The notes beneath the pieces were generated by a model, which had not been told where the DNA came from, made no database searches, and saw nothing but the letters and a program-made list of their open reading frames with translations. A stretch of 64,000 nucleotides of DNA from the human T2T-CHM13v2.0 reference genome, Homo sapiens. The position numbers were made by a program, and so were the translations under genes. The DNA is taken from assembly GCF_009914755.1 (NCBI RefSeq), contig NC_060936.1; one strand, given 5' to 3'. The stretch's first letter is position 1. Each line of letters opens with the position of its first letter. Below, piece by piece: positions 40,657-55,378 of this stretch.

Positions 40657-42809
40657 AAAACTAGTCTCATATACATCTAAAAATAAGTCAAAGAAAGGAA
40701 AAATATAAGTTCAAAATGCCTAGCCAAAATAGTAAATTCCAAGTCTAGCATTAAATATCTTGGTAGTCCCTTCCCAAAGCCTTACCACATGTACATTTGT
40801 TCTTGGGTCTCACTCGTCTGTTTTATTTTTCAGAGCTCCTGGTCGATGGGTGAAATGTTGGGGATCTTTAAGGAAGGGAGGGAAATACATAGCATCCCTG
40901 TCCCATAGCTAGATTCTGGATAAATTCAAAAATAAAACGAAGAGACAGAGATGAAGTTCAAAAATATCAACTTTATTTTTGGTCAGTGCAAAGTTGGAGA
41001 CATGCCTTTATATATAAGCGAGTGAGTTTCCTTCATGTTAGAGTAAGACAGAATTACCCACATAGTTACAGATAGCACAGAACTGGCAGCCCTCCTGCCA
41101 TAGTCAGTTAGAGTGATCAAGAAAGCTTTCTCCCAACTCCCAAGAGGAAGAAGGGCAGAGCTAACCTGAAAATGCTAAATTGGTTCTTTACAAATTTAGC
41201 AATTGTGTAGTATAAGTCTTTCCCCCTCCCCAGGGAGAATTGAGAAAGGGAATGAAGAGTGTAACACTAATGAACTTTATAACCAAAGAAGGAAAAATTA
41301 TAGGGAATAAATACCTCCCCACAACCTCCACCCCTAACAGATCCAAATGCTTGTGATTCCCAAACTTTCTATTATAGAGCAACCATTTTCCTGTTCTCAA
41401 AGGAAATATTATTGTTTGTGATGTTATTCGGATATATATCTGATATATAAGCAGTTATATTTAAATAGTCTATTATTTCTATTTATGGTATCATGGGCTA
41501 AATGTATGTAAAACTATCTACAAGTCTGTCAAAATATGCCTTGTCACTAGACTCAGCTGAGACTATTAAAGTGGTGGTGAAATTCGACAAAACAAAACTG
41601 GTCTACATCAAAGTACCTTCACCTTATCCCCAGAATGCCAAGGTGTTAATAATGTACCCCACAGGGACCAGTGACATTATCACTTTTCTCTTTCCACAGC
41701 TTCCAGAATTTTAATAGACAACACCAGTGAGAGGCCATCCATGTGAAAGGCACTTCCCTACAATTAAGGGGAAATACATATTAATTTTCCTTTTTCGTTC
41801 TTTGATGAGACATATTCATAATACATTTGAGAATGGAAACAAATGAGTAGAAGTTTATTTTTTATGCTGAAATGACCTTCTTCATTTAAATGCTGATGAC
41901 ACTTGGTGGAGCATCCTAATTATACTTGTAGCCAGAAATAAACCACTTGCAACCTTCCTTCTCTGTTTCTTAACAGGGAAAGAAATTAAGAGAAATTCAT
42001 CAGAATGCAGCCAGCAGTTATTATTTGACTATGCCTGTTGATTCTTATTTTTGCCATAGAAATTCTCTTTCTTATTATTTCAGATCTGTTGCTTATAAAA
42101 GGTAAGGATTATACTAAAATCATTGGCACTGGGGAGCTGAAGAGCAAATAATGCTAATGGAATAAATAATACATCATCTATTAGAACTGTTCTTTAGGGA
42201 CTTATACCAATTCTTTACTAGCATCAACTGCGTAATATTTAGCAACCTCTAACAAGTTTCAGGGAGATATATTACCTTGTGACTCAACAAGGATCCTTAA
42301 TACACTGCCTAAATTAGACAGCATATTAAAAATTAATGGCAGACCAATTTTCTACAATTATATTTTTATCTGGGGAGCAGACTGTCAGGTTTGCATGGTG
42401 TTAGTAACTTTTGGCTGTGCATCACTTTTACAATTTCAGTTGACTGAGTTTGCTAATAAATTTTTGTCACACATGGGCATGTTGATAACCGCATTTAAAT
42501 GTTTATAAAACATAAGATAAATATTTGAGTATGGATTGAATTTGTCAATGGTAGTAATTTAAGAAGGTGACTGTATGGTGAGGATGACACATAGATATAC
42601 TGCCTATGTGAAGAACTGATTCATACAGCAGCAGAGAGTGATGCTGGAATTCAGTTCTTAAGTGCCAGCTCTTAATAAGAGGATAAAAACAGTGATGGTG
42701 AAGAAAGTTGCCGCACTCAAGGTCAAATCTCCTTCCTGAAGAAGTTCAGATCTGATGGCTTATCAGTGTAGGGATATAGAGACAAGGTCCCCACCTAAGA
42801 CAGGATAAT

Positions 42810-45800
42810 TATTATATTCAAAATGGTGAAGAAAAAAACCCTTGCCAACTGAGACTATTTATCTGGGAAAGTTGTCCTTAAGGAATTAAGTCGAAATAAA
42901 TTTTCTCAGACAAACAAAAGGTGGTGAATGAAGGGAGTTCATCAACACTAGGCCTGCTTTACTGAAATTGCTAAAGGGAATTCTTTAAGCTGAAACAAAA
43001 GGCAGCTAATTAATAAAAAACATATGAAAGTAAAATCTCAAAATGTAATACATAGTCATACTGAGATTATTTAATACTGCAAAGGTGGTGTTTGAAGAAT
43101 TTTATCCCTACTATGACAGGTTAAAGATTAAACTATGAAAAACATCTACAGCTACAACAAATAGTTAAATAATACAAATTACCTAAAAAAGGAAAATTTT
43201 CACATCAAAATTATAAAATCTGGGGGGTAGAGAATGAATGTTCACGTGATTAAAGTTACTACCAGCTCAGAGTAGCCTGTTCTAAAGACAAAATATTATA
43301 TGTAAGCCCCTTGATAACCACATATGTTTTTGCAACTGCTATAGGCATTTGCTTTGTGGTTATCATGCACAAAATACAAAAAGAAAGGATTCAAAGCTTG
43401 CCAGCACAGAAAACCGTCAATCCACAAAGGAAGACAGAAAGAAAGGAAAAAAGAAATAAGGGACCTACAAAACAACCAGAAAACAAATTTCAAAATGGCA
43501 GTAGCAAGTCTTTATGTATCAATAATTACCTTGAATATAAACAGATTAAATTATTTGATCTAAGACATAGAATGACTAAATGAATAAAAAAACTAGATCC
43601 CCTGCCTACAAGAAACTCACTTTATTAGTAAGGACATAGATTAAAAGCAAAGAAACAGAAAAAGGTATTTCACACAAATATAAAACAAAAGAATGCATGG
43701 GTACCTATATTCATGTCAAACAAAAAAGAGTTCAAGTCAAAAATTATAAAAAGAGACAAAGATAGTCATCAATAATAATAAAGCGGTCAGTTAACAAAAA
43801 GGACATAACAATTGTAGATATATGTGCTCTTGACATCACAATACCTAAATACATAAATAATCTGAGAAGAAAGATAGACTATAATGCAATAATAATAATG
43901 GACCCCAATACCCCACTTTCAACAATAGACAAATTATTAGGAAAGAAAATCAATAAGGCAACATTGGATTTGAACAACACTTCAGAACAAATGGACCTAA
44001 CAGGTATATAAAGAACATTCCATCCAACAACAGCAGAATACACATTCTTCCCAACCACACATGGGGCATTCTCCAAGATGTATCATATGGTAGGCCACAA
44101 AACAAGTCTTCACAATTTTCAGAAGATTGAAATCCTGTCAACTAGTATCTTTTTGGATTGCAATGACATGGAACTAGAAATCTATAACAGGAGAATTTTG
44201 TAAAATTCATAAATATTTGGAAATTAAACTACATGCTTCTAAACAAATTATGGGTCACAAAAAATAAAAATGGAAATAAAAAATACCTTGAGACAAACAA
44301 AAGTGGAAGCACAACATACCAAAACTCACGAGATGCAACATAAACATCCCTAAGAGGAAAATTTATAGCATTAAACTCCTAGATCAAAGAAGGACTAAAG
44401 ACTCAAATAAACAATCTAACATTATATGTAAGGAACTAGAGAAAAAAACAACAAACTAAGCCGGAAGTTGGCAGAAGAAATGAAATAACAAAAATCAAAG
44501 TAGAAATAAATGAAAAACAGACTGGAAAAACAATAGAAAAAAATCAACACAACTAGGAGTTGATTTTTTGAAAAGATAAAATTGACCTTAGCTAGACCAA
44601 CTAGGAAAAAAAAGAGAAGACTCAAATAAATAAAATCATAAATGAAAGTGGGGACATTACATCTAATATCACAGAAATACAAAGCATTATAAGAAATAAC
44701 TATGAATGGTGATATGCCAAAAAATTTTATAACCTACCAGAAATGGATAAATTCCTAAACACATACAATTTACAAAGACTGAGTCATGAAGAAATAGAAA
44801 ATCTGAACAGATCAATAACAAGTATGGAGATTGAATCCATAACAAGAAGTGTCTCATCAAAGAAAAGCCCATGACTGGACAGCTTCACTGCTGTTTTACC
44901 AAATATTTAAATAATAAGTAATGCCAATTATTCTCAATCTCTTTCAAAAAATGAAAGAAGAGAGAATAGTTCCAAACTCATTTTCTAAGGTCAGCATTAC
45001 CCTGATACCAAAGCCAGACAAGGACACAACAAGAAAAGAAAATTATAAACCAATATCCCCATTGAATATAAATGCAAGAATTCTTAATTAAATAATAGCA
45101 AACCAATTTTAACAACACATTAAAAGAATAATTCACTATGATTGAGTGGGATTTATCCCTGGTATTCAAGAATGGTTCAACGTGTGTAAATCAATAAATG
45201 TGGTACACCACATTAACAAAATGAAGAATTAGAATGATCATCTCAATAGATGCAGAAAAATCAATTGACAAAATTCAACATCTTTTTATGATAACAACTG
45301 TCAATAAATTAGGTAGAGGAAATGTACTTCAATACAATGAAGGCCGTATATGACAAACTCATGGCTAACAGCATACTTAATAGTGAAAATTTGAAAGCTT
45401 TTCCTTTAAGATAAGGAAGAAGGATGTCATCTCACTACTTCTATTGAACTATGTACAGAAAGTCCTAGATAGAGATTAATCAAGAAAAAGAATTAAAAAT
45501 TATACTAATAGGAAAGGAAGAGTGAAATTGTCTCTGTTTGCTGATGATGTGTTCTTATATACAGAAAACCCAAAACACTCCACCAAAAAGCTGTTGAAGA
45601 CTCCACCAAAAACCATTAAAACTGATAAATTCAGTAAAAGTGCAAGACACAAAATCAACATACAAAATTAGTAGCATTTCTATGTACTAATAATGAATTA
45701 CCTAAAAAACTAGGAAAACAATTCCATTTGTGATAGTAATAACAAAAAATAAAATACTTAGATGTAAATTTAACCAAGGAGGTGAAACACCTGTATACTG

Positions 45801-47600
45801 AAAACTATAAAAAAAACCATAGAAAGAAATTGAAGAAAACACAAATAAGTGGAAAAGTTTCCCATGTCTATCATTTGAAAGAATTAATATTGTTAAAATG
45901 TGCATACTACCCAAAGCAATCCACAGATTCAATGTAATCCTTATCAAAATTTCAAATGTATTTTTTCACAAAATTAGGAACAAAAATCTTCAAATTCATA
46001 TGGAACCACAAAATATCCTGAATAGCCTGAACAGCCTTGAGTGAAAAGAACACAGTTGGAGGCATCACATTCCCTGAATTCAAAACATATTATGAAGGAA
46101 TTGTTATCAAAACAACATTGTACTGGCATAAAAGCAAACACATTGCCAAGGACAGAAACCTTAAACTCATGCATTCACAGTCAATAGATTTGCAACAAAG
46201 GTGCCAATAATACACAAATGTAAAAAGGAAAATCTCTTTGATAAATGAAGAAGTTTTCTGAAATGGTATTCAGAAAACTACTTATCCACATGCAGAAGAG
46301 TGAAATTGAATATTTATCTCACACTACATACAAAAATCAGCTCACAGTGGATTAAAGGCTTAAATATAAGACCTGAAGCCATTAAACTACTAGAAGAAAA
46401 CACAGGGGGAAAGCTCCATGACATTGGTCTGGGCAACAACTGATTGCCTATGACCCTGAAAGCACAGACAATAAAAGCAAAAATAGACAAGTGGGATGAC
46501 ATCAAACTAAAAAGCTACTACACAATGAAGAAAACAATTAACAAAATAGACAACCCACATACTGGGAGAAAATATTTGCAAATAATTTATTGACAGGTGG
46601 TTAATATCCAAAACAGATATTAAATAACCTGATTAAAAATGGGCAAAAGACTTGAATAAACATTTTTAAAAAGAAGACATACAAATGGCCAACAGTACAT
46701 GACAAAACTCTCAACATCACTAAATCATTAAGGAAATGCAAACTAAAATCATAATCGGATATCACCTCACATCTATTACAATGGCTTTTCTCAAAAAGAT
46801 GAAGGACAACACATGTTGGTTAGGATTCAGAGAAACTCTTGTACATCACTAGTGCAAAAGTAAATTAGCAAAGCTATTATGGATGGTGTTTTCTCTATAA
46901 ACTAACAATAGAGCTACCATGTGATCCAACAATCCCACTTCTGGCTATACATCCAAAGGAATTGAAAACTGTGTGTCAAAGGGATATCTGCATTCCCATG
47001 TTCATTACAACATTATTCACAATAGTCAATACATTAAATCATCCTAAGTGTCCATCAACAGATGAATGGATTTTAAAATGTGGTACATATACACAATGGA
47101 ATCATATTCAAGGTCTAAAACAAGAGAATTCTATCATGTGTAACAACATGAATGAATCTAGAAGACATTATACTAGGTGAAATAAGCCAAGCACAGAAAG
47201 ACAAATAGCACATGATCTCACCTATGTATGAGATCAAAGAAAGTTGAACTTACGGAGTAGAGAGTAGAATTACGATTATCAGAGGCAAGGCGGGAGGAGG
47301 GGAATGGGGTTTGGGAATGAGAAGTTATTGATCAAAGGGTACAAAGTTTTGATGAACAGGAGGAATAAATTTTGAGATCTATTGCACAAGGTGAATATAG
47401 TCAGTAATGTATATTTCACAATAACTTAGAGAGTAAATTCCAAATGTCTCACCATGAAAATAAGTGATGCATGTTTAATTAATTAGAATTAATGCTAATT
47501 ATTCCATATTGTATACATACATCAAGACATCACATTGTACCCCATAAATATATACACTTGTGATTTGTCAAGTTGAAATAATATTTTAAAATATCAATAG
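42810..47600 (+). mobile_element. ~4.8 kb L1MA-like LINE (ORF1 end, decayed ORF2, 3'UTR)
   Basis: Continuous L1 ORF2-like sequence (endonuclease to RT 'tctctgtttgctgatgatgtg') and an MA-type 3'UTR; many stops and frameshifts. Confidence 0.9.
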
Positions 47601-48289
47601 CTACAAAATAACAATGTTGTAGTTTTCTCTGTATTTATGTTTATAATTTATTTGAAATTAGCTTTTGTGAATTCTATAATGGAGAAATCTAGCTTCATCT
47701 CCATGTAGATAGCCAATTGCTCCTGTAATTCTACTGAATATTTATGTTTCCTCCACTGATTTGAAATACTTAATCTATTATATTAAAGATATAATATATT
47801 AAATCTAAATATATATATTTGAATATAAGAAAAGAAATAATAACTTTTAAGGGCCATCTTGACTCTAGAACTTCCAGCGGGCTCATTTGTGAACTTGATT
47901 GGGACTGAATCACAAGTCAGTTTATCCGTTTGTCCAATCTTGCTTCCTTTTCCTCCCATCCAGAGGTGCTGATCTCAAGAACACTCCCTAACTGATGTTC
48001 TGCATGCTAATGTCTGTATCAATGTCTGCTTCTTGGGGAAGCTAAACTGCAACAGGGTGTCAATACAAAGTTATATTCTGAATCAAATTTTGTACACACA
48101 CATGCATACATGCACAACAACTACTCATACATTCATCTGTTGGCTCATGGGGAAGAAAAGAAAGATTTAGGCCTCTCTTTCCTTATGCATTTTACTGTAC
48201 CTCTTGAGCAAGAGTAGTGTTGCTATGGATTATCAAATACAGGGATAATGGATTGAGCACAATCCAGGAGCTTTAGGCCAATACATATG

Positions 48290-49170
48290 ACAATTAATAG
48301 TACTGAAAGACAGAAAAGACCAAATTCGTCAGAAGAGTATAAAGAAAATCTGAATAACGTATACTTAACAAAAATATTAAGTTTCTAATTAGAAACTTCT
48401 CCACAGACATAATCCAGATCCAGATGGCTTTCCTGGTAAATTCTAACAAATATGTAAGAACAAAATAATCCCAACCCTACATGAAAGCCTCGAAAAAGTC
48501 TTAGAGGAGGGAACGCCGCCAACATATTTTATGAAGCTAGAATTACATTTATTCTAAAATTAGACAATAACCCTACATGAAAAAATATTATTTCTTAAAA
48601 AATAGGTAATCCTTATCTAAATATTATCAAATTAAACATATGTGCATATAAATATACTTAATATGTGTTTAATTAAAACACATGTATAAGTATATATATT
48701 TTTTCATATATATTAATTAATACAAATTAATCCATCTTGACTACTGTCATTTATTCCAGAATTTCTAGGTTGGTTTAACATTGGAAAATTGATCAGTACA
48801 TTCACCATATTAACAGAATAAAGGATAAATATAAATGATCATGCCAGTAGACGCCCTCTGAAAAACAGATGACTCTATTCAAACCCATTAGTGATAAAAA
48901 TCTCAACACACCAGGAATAAAGGAATGTCTTAAAACTAATTAAGAGCATCTACAAAAATGCTACAGCTAATGTCGTGCTTAGTAGTAAAAGACTAAATGC
49001 TTTTCCGTTAACATTGGGAACAAGGCAAGATATCTGCTTTTATCAGTTTTATTTAGCATTTTTCTGGACAGTCTGTACAGTGTAGTAAGACAACAAAGAA
49101 AAATAAAAGGCATAAACACTTCTGAGAAAGAAATATCATTTTTCTTATTCAAAATATGGAAATTGGTCTT
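48290..49170 (+). mobile_element. Ancient L1M ORF2 fragment
   Basis: 'ccagatggctttcctggtaaattctaacaaa...ttttatgaagctagaattac...aaatgcttttccgttaacattgggaacaaggcaag'. Confidence 0.75.
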
Positions 49171-49187
49171 ACGTGTGTGTGTTTTAA

Positions 49188-49436
49188 TTTTTTGAGACAG
49201 GGTTTCTATCGCCCAGGCTGGACTACCCCGGCTCAAGTGATCGTCTCACCACAGCCTTGGGAGTAACTGGGACTACAGGCATGCACGACTAGGGCAGATT
49301 AGTTTTTTGTATTTTTGTAGAGACGGGGTCTCGGTATGTTACTCCGGATGGTCTTGACAAACTGGACTCAAGTGATCCACCCACCTCAGTTTAGCAAAGT
49401 GCTGGGATTACAGGTGTGAGCCACTGTTCCTAGCAG
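49188..49436 (-). mobile_element. AluJ (partly deleted)
   Basis: Antisense Alu lacking ~35 bp of the right arm. Confidence 0.85.
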
Positions 49437-50666
49437 CTATTGTTTTAAATACGAGATTTTAATCTTTACCTCTTAACAATTTTGTGGTTTTGAATCTTCA
49501 TTGAATATCTTCAATTTCTGCCACATTCCTGATTATTTTTTACTTCATTCTTTGTCTAATTTTGTTTATTTGGTTGTTTTCCAGCCTTTCTTCCATATCT
49601 CTTATTAAACTTTTAAGTTTTTAGTTGAATCGAGCTCTTGTAATTGGTAACTGATTACAACTCATCGGGACTGAATCACTTGTAATTTAGTCATCTTGAG
49701 AGAGGTGTTTTTTGGTTTTTGTTTTTTTTTATTTCTTGGAGTTTGGTCAAAATCTTTTTTATCTATCTTCCTATTTTTTGCCTATTTTGAATCTGAATTT
49801 TTGAATTTCTGATTTAGGCATTCATTAAATACCTGCAAATGCATATACAGGTATACTTAGCCCAGATTCAAGTGCAGGGTTATTTTTTCTTCTGCTTTGT
49901 GGTTGTTTCCCTTTCAGGAGGGAAGATTTTTCACCAACTGAATTATTTTAATTTTTTTAAAGTTTTTTTTAATACAAATAGACTTTTTTTTCTGTTTGTA
50001 TTTGTTTCTGCACAATTTATGCACCCAAGGGTAAAGGATTTTTTTTTTTTTTTTTTGGAAATGGGATGGCATGTCTGGATTTTGCTGTTCTCTTTTGTTT
50101 CTGAGACCCTTAATTTCTCTCCTTACTTTCTGCTTTTGCTTTATCACCAAATCTTCAAAAGTGCCCTCCAGATCCTATTCACTTCCCTCTTTTCCAGGAA
50201 AGTTTCCTTTTTGAATTTGGTACTCCAGATCAGACATACTTTCAAGGTACCTTTTCTATGGCCAGTGCTCAGATAGACCAGGTCCAAGGTCTGTTTTAGA
50301 ATGTTTGTGGCTATATTGGGCCTTTGCATATCTGGATATTATTTGCTCTAGACTCCATCGCCCTCTTTTCCATCCAGGCCCTTCAGATGCCATCTTATTT
50401 CCACAATCTTAGGGAGTGAACTCACAGATATCTTTGCTGGAATATAGGGTTAGCTTCTTTCTTTATATGTAGTTTGAGGATTGTGGCATTCTCTGTGTCC
50501 AAGTTATGCCAAATAAGTCAGTTTTGTGTGGTTTCATTTGTTTCGTTTGCTTTTCTTCTTGATTAGTTTGCTTTTGGAAAAAGTATTGAGAAGCTTTAAT
50601 CTAAGAAGCTAGCATTATCCTGGGATAACCCAGAAGTACACTGCAAAGATTTAGTAAACAATTTCC

Positions 50667-50977
50667 TATTTATTTATTTATTTATTTATTTAGAGAGAGG
50701 GTGTCTTGCTCTGTCACCCAGGCTGGAGTACAGTGGCATCAACTTGGCTCACTGCACCCTCTGCCTTGCAGGCTCAAGGGATCCTCCCACCTCAGCCTCC
50801 ACAGTAGCTAGGACTACAGGCAAGTGCCACCACAGTTGGCTAATTTTTAAATTTTTTGGTAGAGATGAGATCTCACTATATTGCCCAGACTGGTCTCAAA
50901 CTCCTAGACTAAGGAAATCCTCCCACCTTGGCCTCCTAAAATGCTGAGATTACAGTTGGGGTCACCACACCCAGCCC
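50667..50977 (-). mobile_element. AluJ with (TTTA)n tail
   Basis: Antisense Alu; TSD caatttcctattt. Confidence 0.9.
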
Positions 50978-51024
50978 AATTTCCTATTTCTTACATAAGT
51001 GTGATTGTTATCTTGTGAAGATAA

Positions 51025-51622
51025 TCATGTAAAATTGCCAGAATAGGGAAAACCTGAAGAGACAGAAGGTAGACTTATGGTAGTCTTGAGCTGGGGCAAT
51101 GGAGGGATGGGAATTACTCCTGCTGGAGATGGGGTTTCTTCTCTTTTTCTAAAGGAAGAAACTATTTCCCAGAGCAGTTTTAGGTTCACAGCAGAATTGA
51201 GAGGAAGGTACAGAGAGTTCTCATAAACTGCCTGCCCCTCATTCATCCCACCTTCCCCACTATCAACATCCAGCACCAGAGTGATGCATTTGTTACAACT
51301 GATGAAGTTACACAGACACATCGTCATCATCCCAGGCCCACAGTTGACATTAGGACTCACTCTCGGTGTTGTACATTCTATGATTTTTGATGAATGTGTA
51401 ATGGCATGTGTCTACCATTATAGTATTATACAAATGACTTTTACTCCTAAATATCCTCTGTGATCTGCCTGTTAGTTTTCTTTCTGGAGTGAGAAAACTG
51501 TTGAAAATTAGATTGTGCTGATTGTTGAACGTCTGTGAATATACCATAAAACATTGAATTGTATGTACCCTTTAAAAGGGTGAACTGTGTAGTATGTGAA
51601 TTATATCCAGTGAAGCTGTTAA
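51025..51622 (+). mobile_element. L1MB-like 3' end with a nested opposite-strand L1M 3'UTR piece (~51160-51465)
   Basis: Outer 'gagacagaaggtagac...ggggtttctt / tttctggagtgagaaaac...ctttaaaagggtgaac'; inner 'agagcagttttaggttcacagcagaattgag'. Confidence 0.7.
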
Positions 51623-53591
51623 AGTACTTTGTGAATATTTTTATTGTTTGGCTGCTTTCATTGTTCACATTTCTGGCTAATTCCCTACTCAGAGTTCCAA
51701 CTGCCATAAATAATCAACCTTTGACTATTTTGAATCTTTTCCTTTTCCCACCTAGTAAATGGGTCCTTGCTTTTCTTGCAAGATTTTTCCCTTAACCTCT
51801 TCGTCTGTTGGTTAAGTCATGAGACTAATTCTTCCTCTTTTTTCCCTGATGCAGGTTTGAGAAAGGGAAGAAGGTACTATAGACAAAAAGGCATGCATGT
51901 TCTAAGGCTGAGGTAGAAATTTTTTAGATAATTTGAAGAGTGGCACCAAGGTTACTATAGGAAATGGAAGGAAAGAGGCTATAATTAAGCGTGGCTGTGA
52001 CTTAAGTATCATTTTCTTATTATTTGAGAATTGCAAGTATGAATTTGCTTGTTTTCAAGTTACATTTTAGTTGTAAAATTGTGTTTCTTTAATGATTACT
52101 GGATAATTTGTATCATGGCTTCGATATGTTTATAATTTTTGGAGATTTCCTTTAAGAATAGTGGACTTAAATTTTGACCCTCAGCTGAATACTGGGAAAA
52201 AAAATTGCTCTAGAGCCAAGCTATTTGTTTTTTTCAGTTTTGTCAGACAGTTGGAACTGATGTGCAAATGAATAGAGGGCTGTGAAGATGGAGCCAATAG
52301 GTTATCAGAATATTGTCAGAACACAAGAGAAACATGTTAGAGACATGGTGCTAATGTCAGAAGCAAAAATCATAGGAACACTTGCTTTTCTGAAGTGAAT
52401 GTACCTGCCAGAGAACTACATTCGTACAGTGATTTTTTTTGAGTCACAAAGAGAAATTTAAAAAACAAAATTAAAATACCCTCAGGAAGCAGCAAACTTG
52501 GCATTTTATTTTTTATTCCAAAATCTATCAACATACACTTTCTTTTAGATGCCTACAGGTGGTTAATACAAGGTATAAAAGAGTTAGAAGTCAGCTTCAT
52601 GATCTTAAACAATTTTCTTAATCTTACTAAATCTTGAGGCTTTCATTTGTAAACTAGAGATTACACTAAAATGTCATGCAGTTATTGGGAGATTTAAATT
52701 GGATAATATATCAAAAGCACCTGGCATATAATAGTTGTTTAATAAATGCTAACTTCATTTGCTCCTTCCTCCTTTCCTCTTTATGCAGAATTTCTGCTAA
52801 TCGCAAAAAAAGCCATACATTTACATGTAAATCTTCCTTGGTTGAAAACCACAGGGAAAGATAATTAAGTTTAATCGATGAGCAGATATAAACACACATT
52901 AACAGATGCCCCATTTTATAGTGGCAAAGGCTGACTGCTTTACAAATGTTTGTTATAAAACATGACATTAATCAAGAGGACTAATTTTGGTGCTGATGTG
53001 ATTTGAAGTGCTTCCACTCAGACTCCACCTAGGGAAAGTAATATATTCAGAAACAGTAGCAATTGGCGCAAATCCCTGTTGCTGATCTTACCTATATTAG
53101 CTTTTCTGCCTATGGGAATATGATTAATTTCACTGTGTAACAGAATAGGATGCTGAGAGAACTTCAAATTTAATTTCTTGATTAGTTAATGTTTCAGCTC
53201 TTAGGATTTTACTTTTATTCAAGTCATTTCTCAAATCAGTATTTTGTGTGATCTGATCTGGAGCATTCAAATATAAGAAAGCAAAAGCTGTATTTTCAGC
53301 ACGTATTCTCTTAATTCATCAGACAATAAAACTTAATTGTATTATAGCATTCTCCACATCATATTGCATGTGGATGTCTGCTTGTATGTTTGGCCATCCA
53401 GACAAATTCCAAGAGGAGATAGATGTTGACACATGATTTCCTCGATGTCTAGAATCAAGCTTGAAACATATGAGGGTCATATATGGAGTCATAGTTGTTC
53501 AATATGGCACAAAAATTATCCATGGTTGCTCAATAACATTGTTTGAAAAAAATACTTGGGAAAGTTTTATTTTATATTGATTTATACTTTA

Positions 53592-53936
<345 letters not shown>

Positions 53937-54009
53937 CTAAGCATAAGGAATACAAAAAACGGGAAAGATATTCTGACATAAAGCTTGCATACTAGCTGTG
54001 CCCAGAGGA

Positions 54010-54260
54010 CATTATAACATTAAGAGCATAGAATCTAGAGACAGCTCACCTGAGTTTCAAACCCACTTCCCCTATTATAGGAACATTTGCTGTTCTGAAA
54101 TGAATGTACCAGCCAGAGTTAGTGTGACCTTGGGCTGATTATCCTACCTCTATATGCCATCTATTTTTCCTCATATGAAAAATGGGCATATTAAAAGTAG
54201 CCTCCTAAAAGGGTAAGACAGTGCCTACTATGTAGTAAGTGCTAAATTAGAGCTCACTAA
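54010..54260 (+). mobile_element. MIR interrupted by a 42-bp insert
   Basis: 'ttaagagcatag...cctgagtttcaaaccc...[insert]...tgtgaccttgggc...cctcatatgaaaaatggg'. Confidence 0.7.
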
Positions 54261-54326
54261 ATATAGTAAGAAAAAAATAAGCAATTGTAATGAACAGTGA
54301 GTTATAAAATGGAGCTTTTGGAGTTT

Positions 54327-54975
54327 GTAGTAGATGGAATTCTAAGAATAACTCCCAGTGATCCTAATCTCCTCCCCTTGAGTATGAGTGGAGCCTGTGC
54401 GTGTGATGAGATATCACTCCCCTGGTGATTATGTTACGGTGAAAGGAATTTTTGCATAATTAATTAAGGTTTCTAATCAGTTGATTTTGGATTAATTAAA
54501 AGGGAGATAATCTGGAAAACCCAACCTAATTACACAGGCCCTTTAATAGCAGAGTCTTCCCTGGCTGTAGCAAAAGGAGGAAGTCAGAGAGCTTGACAGC
54601 TTGAGAAGGGTTGGACTTGCAGTTGCTGATTTGAAGACAGAGGAGGCCACAGGCAGAAGTTCCCTGGCCATTAAGGGTAAGCTCCTGCCTGACAGTCTGT
54701 AAGGAAATGGGGACTTCAGTCAAAAAAGTGCAGGCACTGAATTCTGTCAGCAACATTAATGAACTTGGAAGCAGATTCTCCACTGAAACTTCCAGACAAG
54801 AGCCCAGCCAGGCCAGTCCACACCTTAATTTAGCCATGTGAGTCTCTAAAAGGAGAACCCAGTCAAGCCTGCTCAGACTTCTGCCCTATGGTCTGTGAGA
54901 TAATAAATGAGTGTTATTTTAAGTAGTTGAGTTTGTAGTAACTTGTTACGTATCAGTAGAAAAAGAAATAATACA
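54327..54975 (+). mobile_element. MLT1D/E-like MaLR LTR
   Basis: 'tgtagtagatggaattctaaga...gacttctgccctat...tgtgagataataaat...aataca'. Confidence 0.8.
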
Positions 54976-55358
54976 GGATCTGATGGAAGCATACAGCACG
55001 CTCATCCAACTTCATCTAGGCAGATCCTTAAGTCTTCCTAGAGGCAATTATATGAACCCCAGATTTGAAATGATGAGTAAGAGTGAGCAAGGAGAGAGCA
55101 GTGGGAGGAAGAACCCAGGATGAGAGATATACAGATGCCTAAATGTGAGAAAAATGCATGCACTGGGGATGGAAACAAGATCATATGACTTCTGAGGTGA
55201 CAAGAGTGACAGACTTGCATGCGTAGTTTGCCAAACCTAACTGAGCAAGCCAGGAATGGTCTTTTACATTAAATTAGGGCATATACATTTTATCCTTTAT
55301 ATATTTGTGTGATGTGTATGTACACATGTATATATGCAGAAACAAAAGATGTATGTGT

Positions 55359-55378
55359 CACACACACACACACACACA
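55359..55378. repeat. (CA)10 microsatellite
   Basis: Direct reading. Confidence 0.9.

Noticed and set aside
38400-41400. Possible ancient ERV internal remnant
   Set aside because: Impression only; no gag/pol motif or LTR pair could be pinned down by eye.
41502-41714. 70-aa plus-strand ATG ORF in non-repeat DNA
   Set aside because: No recognisable homology, promoter or splice context; the length is attainable by chance.
42745-42775. U2 snRNA-like words (cttatcag, gtgtag)
   Set aside because: Not colinear with U2; chance match.
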